26,407 nucleotides of DNA from a virus (taxonomy: Duplodnaviria > Caudoviricetes): positions 1-26,407 of IMG/VR virus record IMGVR_UViG_3300042997_000157. One strand, given 5' to 3'. Below the pieces are notes generated by a model, which ran no database searches, had not been told where the DNA came from, and was given only the letters and a program-made list of their open reading frames with translations. Below, one piece after another: positions 17,470 through 24,347 of this stretch. Within the stretch, counting starts at the first letter, position 1; each line of letters starts with the position of its first letter. The position numbers and the translations under genes were made by a program.

Positions 17470-17840
17470 ACAATCATCTTTCTTTCTTGCTTAATGTAGT
17501 CACTATAAACTTTCTTGCCATTCTCTCTAATCCATTCAACAACCGGTTGAGGGTCATCATTAAACACATCAGTAAGTTCTTTATATCCCATTGTGCTAGT
17601 GAATTCATAAATCTCATAGCATCGTTGACTATTCACCCTTGCTCGTAATATCATATGTTGCAATGGAATTTGCGGAGGTTTTTCAGGAAGTTTTTCTTCT
17701 TTAAGGATAGAAATAATCTTTTTCTTATCCCACTCATTGTTTCTATTCATGTGTAGGTCAACATCATACAAACATTCAAGACCTAGCATATCCCACATTG
17801 CCAGATAGTGTTTAGTTTTGTTCTTTCTTGAGGATGACAT
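17466..17840 (-). CDS. Hypothetical phage protein
   Basis: 124 aa within a tightly coupled gene run. Confidence 0.75.
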   Translation of the reverse strand: MSSSRKNKTKHYLAMWDMLGLECLYDVDLHMNRNNEWDKKKIISILKEEKLPEKPPQIPLQHMILRARVNSQRCYEIYEFTSTMGYKELTDVFNDDPQPVVEWIRENGKKVYSDYIKQERKMIV

Positions 17841-18054
17841 ATAACATCTCTGCTTTACTGATAGCGTTTGCTAATGAAGGTTCTGTTTCTGCTAGTTTAA
17901 GAATCTCTTTCCACTCATACCATTTTGCCATGTAATGTTGTGAAGTATCTTCTTTAACTAGTGTTCGGTCAGACGATCCACTCTTGCGTGAGTAGACCGT
18001 CTTACCGCCATCTGGTGATTCGTAAATAATTATTTCTTCATGTGACTTAATCAT
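17812..18054 (-). CDS. Hypothetical phage protein (IYESPDGGKTVY motif)
   Basis: Likely start MIKSH at 18054, overlapping the stop region of the upstream small ORF. Confidence 0.7.
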   Translation of the reverse strand: MIKSHEEIIIYESPDGGKTVYSRKSGSSDRTLVKEDTSQHYMAKWYEWKEILKLAETEPSLANAISKAEMLYVILKKEQN

Positions 18055-18157
18055 CCACATCTCTCATCATTGAAAAAAACTTAACAAGAACAATGACAAC
18101 GAGCCAAAATAATCCTAATACAATTAATGAAATTATAATATGATCTAGCCAACTCAT
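18047..18157 (-). CDS. 36-aa single-pass membrane microprotein (not in the ORF track)
   Basis: Manual translation MSWLDHIIISLIVLGLFWLVVIVLVKFFSMMRDVDD*. Fills the gap between the VWA gene stop and the next gene. Confidence 0.65.
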   Translation of the reverse strand: MSWLDHIIISLIVLGLFWLVVIVLVKFFSMMRDVDD

Positions 18158-18160
18158 ATA

Positions 18161-19435
18161 TCACTTTTCATCATAAAGAGCATAAGTACCGAATGGGGGA
18201 TTCGGATTAGGGTGACCGTGAATAACCCAAGTTGTATCGCAATAGTCTGGGTCACCCCAACTACCACAGGGGTATCCATCAGTGAAACAAATCAATCGCT
18301 TAGGTACATTACCTTCTTTCTTCAAATATTCAAAGATAGCATCAAAGTCAGTACCACCGCCACCCATTGGGTTATATTCTTCAATAGAGTCCATATTGTC
18401 AGAATGAAAGTCTTGTGGGTTGTACACCTCAGTATCAAAACAGAATACATGGACCTTATAACCATCGAAAGCATCCATCATGCCACCAATCTCACCTAAG
18501 AATTGTTGTGCTTGTTTGTCACTGATAGAACCACTCATGTCGATAGCAACAACAACGTCAATCTCTTCTCCCGGTGTCATGCCGGGCATGATTGCGTCCA
18601 TGTGCCAGCCTCTGCGTGAGGGACGCATCCAACTATAATCAGTACGAATTGCACTTGTCAAGTTAGTTTGAATCAGTTCACGCCAGGGCATAACTGGGTT
18701 AGTAGCTTGACGAATCAATCGTTCAACACCTAAGGGGAGTTGACCTGCTTCAGCACTACTTGCCGCATTGATAATTGCTTGCTTAACTTCTTGGCGAATA
18801 CGTTCTTTTTCTTCATCAGAAAGTTTGGGACGACCTTTACCATTACCTTCAGTATCACCGTCACCCTCTCCGTCACCTTCACCATCCATGTGGTCGTCAA
18901 GCAATTGGTCAATCAAATCATCAACACTGATCTTTTGAACATTCTTCATCAAGTCATCATAGATTTCTTCACTTGCTTTACCATCATACTTTTGTTCGTA
19001 CAAGCAAGGTACTGTAGTAATGAATTGACCAACTTTGTGTCGCTTTAAGTCAGCATTAACCGCATAGTCATTTGCAATGTTAAAGATTTGAGAATCACGT
19101 GTACCACGACGGCCCATGTGATCGTAGACAACGTGCAATACTTCGTGCGCTACCAAAAACTCAACTTCTTTAGGCTTCAACATCATAATGAAGCGGCTGT
19201 TGTAGTAGAACTTCTGACCATCAGTTGCCGCAGTACTACACCATTCATCGGCATTAGTCAATGTCAACCGTGTCGCAAGATTACCAAAGAATGAATGACG
19301 CAACAACAAACCAATACGTGCAGTGACCAGTCGTTCCCGTGCATCATGATCGATTTTTTTATCAGTAGGTCCTACAAGATTCTCAAATTTTTTGCTACGA
19401 TTACGCTTTTTTGTCGGGTTAATTACTTCACTCAT
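18161..19435 (-). CDS. DUF2201-type protein: N-terminal putative metallopeptidase plus C-terminal VWA domain
   Basis: TAATDG, HEVLH (HExxH), NIANDYAVN, acidic Gly linker, MIDAS DMSGS, GGGTDF, FTDGY. Confidence 0.88.
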   Translation of the reverse strand: MSEVINPTKKRNRSKKFENLVGPTDKKIDHDARERLVTARIGLLLRHSFFGNLATRLTLTNADEWCSTAATDGQKFYYNSRFIMMLKPKEVEFLVAHEVLHVVYDHMGRRGTRDSQIFNIANDYAVNADLKRHKVGQFITTVPCLYEQKYDGKASEEIYDDLMKNVQKISVDDLIDQLLDDHMDGEGDGEGDGDTEGNGKGRPKLSDEEKERIRQEVKQAIINAASSAEAGQLPLGVERLIRQATNPVMPWRELIQTNLTSAIRTDYSWMRPSRRGWHMDAIMPGMTPGEEIDVVVAIDMSGSISDKQAQQFLGEIGGMMDAFDGYKVHVFCFDTEVYNPQDFHSDNMDSIEEYNPMGGGGTDFDAIFEYLKKEGNVPKRLICFTDGYPCGSWGDPDYCDTTWVIHGHPNPNPPFGTYALYDEK

Positions 19436-19460
19436 ATATGTTCCTTTAGTAGATATATCT

Positions 19461-19489
19461 ATTATACATCAAACTTGATTTAATGTCAA
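19461..19489 (-). promoter_or_regulatory. Consensus sigma70 early promoter
   Basis: TTGACA-ttaaatcaagtttgatg (17 bp)-TATAAT. Confidence 0.9.
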
Positions 19490-19507
19490 AAGGGGCGAAC
19501 CCCTTTT
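19488..19507. terminator. Intrinsic terminator (UUCG loop on the minus strand)
   Basis: AAAAGGGG-TTCG-CCCCTTTT. Its U tract overlaps the next -35 element. Confidence 0.8.
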
Positions 19508-19509
19508 GA

Positions 19510-20613
19510 TTAATTGCCTGCTTCAACAATGTACTTGCCGTATTTCTTGTGAAACTCATCAAAGTTTTTCAACTGACTTGGCTCAATCGGCAACTTGTAA
19601 GTCTTAAGAGCAATCTTTGCACCCATCACAACCAACTCAGTTTCAAAGTTTGCCATGATGTAATTGAAAAAGTTGTCAGCCATTTCGTGGAACTTCTTAC
19701 TGTCAACTTTCTTTGTTTCCAAAGAATCACGCAATTCATAGCACATTGAAATTGTCAATGAGTACATTGCCGAGATTTCCTTGACTGCAAGGTCCTTAAC
19801 TTTACCTGACAAGATATCAGAGGGTTCGGGCATACGACCTGCAACTTTACGGTGTGCGGCAAACTTAACTGCAAGACCTTCACCGACTGCACCTGCAACC
19901 AAATTGAACAATGTATCGGTATCAACACCTTCTTCATCATTCAACAAGTCGCTTACGAAACACCAGCTACGAGGTGTAGCAAATGCACGTGATGCAGATT
20001 TACTATCAAAGTCGTACAAGTCTTGTTTAGCAAACGACAAGTAACCCACAACGTCTTTGTGAATGCCTTTGTTCACAGCCCAGTTCTGCCATGATGTAAA
20101 GTCGGGACGCATTTCCAAGTGCAAGAAACGATTAGCGAGGGGCATCGGCATGCGATATGTAACACCTTTGTCAGAGTCACGATTACCTGCCGCAACAATC
20201 ACAACATTGTCAGGCAATACATACTTACCAACTCTACGATTTAGAATCAACTGATAGCCTGCTGCCTGTACTGCAGGTGACGCACTGTTCATTTCATCAA
20301 GAAACAAAACAACGATAGGGTATTGTGATGCAAGTTCTTCATCAGGCAAGTCTACAGGTGATGCCCAATCCATCTTGTTGATATCTTTGTTGAAGAAAGG
20401 GATGCCTCGAATATCAGTAGGCTCCATCTGTGCCATACGCAGGTCAATCATGTGACCCCCGAGTTCCTCAGTTACCTCAGCAACCACTTCAGATTTACCG
20501 ATGCCGGGAGGACCCCACAAGAACAAGGGTCGTTTTGCTTTAAATGCGGCCAACATTGCTTTACGTGCTTGGACCGATGTGATTGTCAGATTGTCAGATA
20601 CTTGCGATGCCAT
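19510..20613 (-). CDS. MoxR-like AAA+ ATPase
   Basis: Walker A GPPGIGKS, D-x-RGIP, Walker B LFLDEMN, sensor AAGN, Arg finger LANRF, TPRSW. Adjacent to a VWA gene. Confidence 0.9.
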   Translation of the reverse strand: MASQVSDNLTITSVQARKAMLAAFKAKRPLFLWGPPGIGKSEVVAEVTEELGGHMIDLRMAQMEPTDIRGIPFFNKDINKMDWASPVDLPDEELASQYPIVVLFLDEMNSASPAVQAAGYQLILNRRVGKYVLPDNVVIVAAGNRDSDKGVTYRMPMPLANRFLHLEMRPDFTSWQNWAVNKGIHKDVVGYLSFAKQDLYDFDSKSASRAFATPRSWCFVSDLLNDEEGVDTDTLFNLVAGAVGEGLAVKFAAHRKVAGRMPEPSDILSGKVKDLAVKEISAMYSLTISMCYELRDSLETKKVDSKKFHEMADNFFNYIMANFETELVVMGAKIALKTYKLPIEPSQLKNFDEFHKKYGKYIVEAGN

Positions 20614-20647
20614 TAAATACTCCTAGTAAAAAATTTTAAGATGATGA

Positions 20648-20676
20648 ATTGTACACTATTATTGATTTATTGTCAA
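20648..20676 (-). promoter_or_regulatory. Sigma70 early promoter
   Basis: TTGACA-ataaatcaataatagtg (17 bp)-TACAAT. Confidence 0.85.
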
Positions 20677-20733
20677 ATCAACTAACCCAATGTGTGCTTA
20701 TATACGCCTTGAGTTAAGTGTTACAATATGTGT

Positions 20734-20762
20734 ATTGTACTGTAGTTTGGATTTATTGTCAA
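20734..20762 (-). promoter_or_regulatory. Sigma70 early promoter (tandem, upstream copy)
   Basis: TTGACA-ataaatccaaactacag (17 bp)-TACAAT. Confidence 0.85.
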
Positions 20763-20780
20763 ATTTGTGTTGTTGTATTA

Positions 20781-21035
20781 TCACAACACTTGGGCTACTG
20801 AAAAGTTGTTAACTTTGCACATTTGTGCAATGTTTGCGTCTATACTTGCTTGCTCTGTAAAGAGAGGCATTTCTCTAAAATAAAGAGTTTTACCTAGCAT
20901 TACTTTACCTTTTTCGTTTGTTTTAGTGAAATCACTTGCACTAATTAGTAACGAAATTTCTTCATTACTATAGGGCCGTTTCTTAACTGAAACTTTGAAG
21001 TATAAAGTACTCACTGCGTTTGCACTGAATTTCAT
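20781..21035 (-). CDS. Small early hypothetical protein
   Basis: 84 aa, own consensus promoter, AAAGG RBS. Confidence 0.7.
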   Translation of the reverse strand: MKFSANAVSTLYFKVSVKKRPYSNEEISLLISASDFTKTNEKGKVMLGKTLYFREMPLFTEQASIDANIAQMCKVNNFSVAQVL

Positions 21036-21062
21036 GGATGCCTTTCAACTGAATAAGACTCT

Positions 21063-21091
21063 ATTATATACCCAAAGTGATTTATTGTCAA
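21063..21091 (-). promoter_or_regulatory. Consensus sigma70 early promoter
   Basis: TTGACA-ataaatcactttgggta (17 bp)-TATAAT. Confidence 0.9.
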
Positions 21092-21092
21092 A

Positions 21093-21347
21093 TTACTTCA
21101 TTAAGTTAGCCATAAGTAGTAATTTTTCAAAGTGATTTATTGCTTTATTAATTTCAAAAACTCTATCATCAAGCATTTCAAACTTGCCGGTTCTACGCAA
21201 ATTGACTTCTAGTTTACTCAACTCACTGACCATTTTGTCAATGTTTTTGTGCATACGATGAAGATCGGGATTGTAGCCAATGCCATTCATTTGACTACTT
21301 AAGTCAATACTAACTTGATTCCAATCGATTGCACGTTGTATTTTCAT
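21093..21347 (-). CDS. Small helical hypothetical protein
   Basis: 84 aa, ATG 6 nt after a -10 hexamer. Confidence 0.75.
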   Translation of the reverse strand: MKIQRAIDWNQVSIDLSSQMNGIGYNPDLHRMHKNIDKMVSELSKLEVNLRRTGKFEMLDDRVFEINKAINHFEKLLLMANLMK

Positions 21348-21353
21348 TTTGCT

Positions 21354-21382
21354 AATGTAACATAGTATGGTATTTATGTCAA
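21354..21382 (-). promoter_or_regulatory. Sigma70 promoter with an embedded TAAATA late-like element
   Basis: TTGACA-taaataccatactatgt (17 bp)-TACATT-agcaaa-ATG. Confidence 0.75.
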
Positions 21383-21385
21383 CAA

Positions 21386-21407
21386 AAAAGGCTCCGAAGA
21401 GCCTTTT
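21386..21407 (-). terminator. Intrinsic terminator after the porin
   Basis: AAAAGGCTC-TTCG-GAGCCTTTT(TT). Confidence 0.9.
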
Positions 21408-21424
21408 ATCTTATCTCATTGAGA

Positions 21425-22309
21425 TTAGAAGCGGTGGGTTACACCAACTCCAACTTGTTTAATATCACTTGCTGTGCCTACTGCGTCAACATTACGATAT
21501 GTTGCACCAACAATAGTACGCTTGCTAAAATTATAATCAGCACCTAATGCATAAGCTTTAACATTCGTATTTGTTTTACCATAACTAGCTTTTGTAGTTA
21601 CTGCACCAAATGCTTGGCTTGCACCAATCAAATCACCTGTAGTTGCTACTGCACCTTCATTATTGCTATGTGTGTAAAATACTTGTGTGCCACCTAACTT
21701 TGCGCTAGCACCATACACAGTACTCTTTTCAGCACCTTGTGTATATTGGGCAACTACAGCATTAACACCTAGTAGTTTTGCGCTTGCGCTATAACTAGTT
21801 GCTTCTGTGCCTGCACCTGTTTGTGTACGGTCATAAGTTGCTGTAACACCTTTGATTGGTGTCAATGCAAAGAATGTACCATTGCTCAAACGTAGACCAC
21901 GCAAGTTATGAACATCACCTGCAACAGAACCATACAATGTACCAAATGCATCATTGTTAGTAATTGCTAAGAAGTGACTATGTAGATTGCGACCTAGGTC
22001 AACACTGCCTAAACTGTTTGCTAAGCCAATTGTAGATTGACGGTTGCCCAATTTAGTATCAGCACCACCTGTTGGATCATTAGCTGCCAAGCTAGTGTCT
22101 AATACTACACGTGCCTTCAAACCACCACCAATGTTTTCTGTAGCAGAAAATGTGATGTTGCTTGTTGGATCAGTAGCAAGACTTGTTGCGCTTACAGCAC
22201 CAACTTTAGTATTGTCAACAAATGTGCTGATTTTACCAGAGACTGATACTTGTGCAGTTGCAACTAAAGTTGTTGCGGCTAATAATGTCGCTAATGCGAT
22301 TTTCTTCAT
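21425..22309 (-). CDS. Gram-negative general porin, betaproteobacterial type
   Basis: Sec signal MKKIALATLLAATTLVATA-Q, first strand VSVSG, E-x-IGGGLKA, NRQSTIGL-x3-LG-x-V-x-LGR, ADYNFSKRT, C-terminal GVTHRF with terminal Phe. Confidence 0.92.
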   Translation of the reverse strand: MKKIALATLLAATTLVATAQVSVSGKISTFVDNTKVGAVSATSLATDPTSNITFSATENIGGGLKARVVLDTSLAANDPTGGADTKLGNRQSTIGLANSLGSVDLGRNLHSHFLAITNNDAFGTLYGSVAGDVHNLRGLRLSNGTFFALTPIKGVTATYDRTQTGAGTEATSYSASAKLLGVNAVVAQYTQGAEKSTVYGASAKLGGTQVFYTHSNNEGAVATTGDLIGASQAFGAVTTKASYGKTNTNVKAYALGADYNFSKRTIVGATYRNVDAVGTASDIKQVGVGVTHRF

Positions 22310-22326
22310 ATAATTTTCCTTTAAAT

Positions 22327-22360
22327 AAAAGCCTGATTTCTCAGGCTAGACTAATATTTA
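22327..22360 (-). promoter_or_regulatory. TAAATA late-like element followed by a GAAA-loop leader hairpin upstream of the porin
   Basis: TAAATA (22355-22360), then AGCCTGA-GAAA-TCAGGCT-TTT, then an AAAGGA RBS. Confidence 0.55.
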
Positions 22361-22419
22361 GATTGATTTTTACTACCCATATAATTTAGTTGTTTACGCA
22401 ATAACATATGCTTCATGGC

Positions 22420-22443
22420 AAAAAAGGCACCGAAGTGCCTTTT
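22420..22443 (-). terminator. Intrinsic terminator after the DUF4214-like gene
   Basis: AAAAGGCAC-TTCG-GTGCCTTTTTT. Confidence 0.9.
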
Positions 22444-22457
22444 AATAGTAGTATAGA

Positions 22458-23360
22458 TTACGCTACGAACGGAGTGTATTCAATACCAGTTGTTGCTAAT
22501 CCAACTAAACCAATAGTTGTTTCAAATGCGGCTAACTCACTTGCGGCTACTAGAACATCAGCCTGACTTAGATTACTATTAGTCATCCAAGTTGTGTATT
22601 CTGTAACTTGCGCCAATGTAGCATCAGTACCAAATACGTTTTTGTAAACGTGCTTGATAAATGTTTCATTGCTAACACCACCGGCGTCAGTTTTGTAAGT
22701 ATCAGTAGCAAGCAAGGCTGTTGCTAATTCTTTGTTAGTCCAGCCTGCATCAGCAAGATGTATACCAATACCTTTGTATGCATTAGTTACATCTGTTGTA
22801 CCAAGTGCGGCTGCTAGTAATGCATATACATCACCTGCACGACCTGCGGCATCAAATGCAATACCTTTGTTGTCAAATACAACACGCTCGTGGTCTGCTA
22901 ATGTAAATGTAACATTAGTTGCGACTGTGCTTGCGGCTGTAATTTTGTCTACTGTCTTAGTAATTGTGAAGTCTGTGCTTGCGCCATTTAGTGTGTATGT
23001 GTCAATGCCGGTAGTACCGGTTACATCAACAGCAACATCAACAGTGCCATCACCAACACGACCTGTACCTACAGCACCAAACGTAGCAATTTTACCTAGT
23101 GTACCAACTGTTGCAACAGTTAGTATTAAGTTGTTTGTAACGTTCACACCGCCAAGTGCAGAACCGAGAATAGTGATTGTATCACCGGCAACATAGCCAG
23201 AACCAGCACTTGCGGCTAGACTGTCTAAACTTGCTGTGTAAACACCGTTAGTTTTTACTACGTCAAAAACTGCATCAATTCCTGCACCACCTGTCAAACC
23301 TGTAACGTTTTGATATGTAGCATTAATTGGCTTGTCTTTAATTGTAATTGTTGTTGTCAT
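22458..23360 (-). CDS. T/G/A-rich surface protein with a C-terminal DUF4214 (S-layer-associated)-like domain
   Basis: GIDTY, ERVVFD-x3-IAFD-x2-G-x-AG-x-VY-x-L-x2-AA, SNETFIKHVYKNVFG, C-terminal LVGLATTGIEY. No Sec signal. Confidence 0.7.
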   Translation of the reverse strand: MTTTITIKDKPINATYQNVTGLTGGAGIDAVFDVVKTNGVYTASLDSLAASAGSGYVAGDTITILGSALGGVNVTNNLILTVATVGTLGKIATFGAVGTGRVGDGTVDVAVDVTGTTGIDTYTLNGASTDFTITKTVDKITAASTVATNVTFTLADHERVVFDNKGIAFDAAGRAGDVYALLAAALGTTDVTNAYKGIGIHLADAGWTNKELATALLATDTYKTDAGGVSNETFIKHVYKNVFGTDATLAQVTEYTTWMTNSNLSQADVLVAASELAAFETTIGLVGLATTGIEYTPFVA

Positions 23361-23391
23361 AAATTTCCTTTATATATAAAATAACTCAATA

Positions 23392-23421
23392 AGTATATAG
23401 TGTTTCTACTAGTGCTGTCAA
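23392..23421 (-). promoter_or_regulatory. Sigma70 promoter
   Basis: TTGACA-18 bp-TATACT, about 30 nt upstream of ATG 23360, with an AAAGGA RBS. Confidence 0.75.
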
Positions 23422-23440
23422 GGTTAAACCTGGCTAAAGG

Positions 23441-23456
23441 TGTGATCCGGATCACA
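23441..23456. promoter_or_regulatory. Candidate CRP-family binding site
   Basis: Perfect 16-bp palindrome TGTGA-TCCGGA-TCACA, matching the TGTGA-N6-TCACA consensus. Confidence 0.6.
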
Positions 23457-23475
23457 TCCTTGGATGGAAATACGG

Positions 23476-24192
23476 TTAATTCCAGTATTTTGATGAATCC
23501 AAACTGTCCCAGTACTGTTTATTGTTGCGGTTGATGAAATTTTTGATTAGATATGCGGCCATTCCAAAGTATCCCATCTTTTTGAACCTACGGGAATCTT
23601 GACCGAAATAGTGATTGACGATTTTAAACTTTTTAGGACTGTACATTCTGGATAGAAAGTAGTCCTCTGATGTGACAGTTTTTTCAGGGAAGCCACCTAG
23701 TTCTTCAAACTTTTCCCTTCGAGTTAGCATAAATGCCCCGATTGCAAAAGGTGAGAAGTATTTTAATACGTGATTTATAACATTGAAAATAGTGAATCCT
23801 ATTATTGCTCGTAAATCGTTGTCATAAGATTTAATGTTCAATCCAATAAGATCCAAGTCATCAGATTCTATTATATCAACTGAATCACTGATTGCAGTGT
23901 CCTTAAAGAAACGCACATCAGCGTCAATGAACAATACGTATGGTGTTGTAACTAACCGTGCTCCGTTATTCTTAGCAATAGATACAGGGCCGCCATCAAT
24001 GATTTCAACATTCAATGAACCAATGTTATCTTTTATGACCTGTCTAGTATTATCAGTAGAACAGTCAGCAATGATGATTCTAGTATTACCTATGTTTTGT
24101 GAGTGTAGTGAATCTAATAAATGATGTATGTAATTTTCTTCATTTTTACAAGGGACTACGATAGTTATTTTATCACTTATTGTTTTTTGCAT
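23476..24192 (-). CDS. Family 2 glycosyltransferase (GT-A fold)
   Basis: IVVPCKNEE, DCSTDNT, AKNNGA, FIDAD (DxD), GGF...EDY, SRRF. Confidence 0.9.
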   Translation of the reverse strand: MQKTISDKITIVVPCKNEENYIHHLLDSLHSQNIGNTRIIIADCSTDNTRQVIKDNIGSLNVEIIDGGPVSIAKNNGARLVTTPYVLFIDADVRFFKDTAISDSVDIIESDDLDLIGLNIKSYDNDLRAIIGFTIFNVINHVLKYFSPFAIGAFMLTRREKFEELGGFPEKTVTSEDYFLSRMYSPKKFKIVNHYFGQDSRRFKKMGYFGMAAYLIKNFINRNNKQYWDSLDSSKYWN

Positions 24193-24347
24193 TCTGCTAC
24201 CACCTTAAAATTGTCAAACTTCAGCTTGTATTTAATTGTACTTAATGCCAATTGGCAAGTCTGTTGATCTTGGAACATCAGTTCCACTCGTCCCGGCACG
24301 TCTTTTGAGTCGTTTATATGAACTGCTAATATTATCAGTATCCACAT
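24177..24347 (-). CDS. 56-aa protein with hydrophobic N-terminus and two Cys (not in the ORF track), overlapping the 3' end of the plcP-type gene
   Basis: AAGGAG-aaggacg-ATG. Manual translation MWILIILAVHINDSKDVPGRVELMFQDQQTCQLALSTIKYKLKFDNFKVVAECKKQ*. Stop overlaps the GT2 start region. Confidence 0.7.
   Translation of the reverse strand: MWILIILAVHINDSKDVPGRVELMFQDQQTCQLALSTIKYKLKFDNFKVVAECKKQ

Noticed and set aside
19461-21382. Repeated TTTGACAATAAATC as a CRISPR mini-array
   Set aside because: Repeats are only 14 bp, irregularly spaced, separated by genes, and each is the -35 of a 17-bp-spacer promoter.
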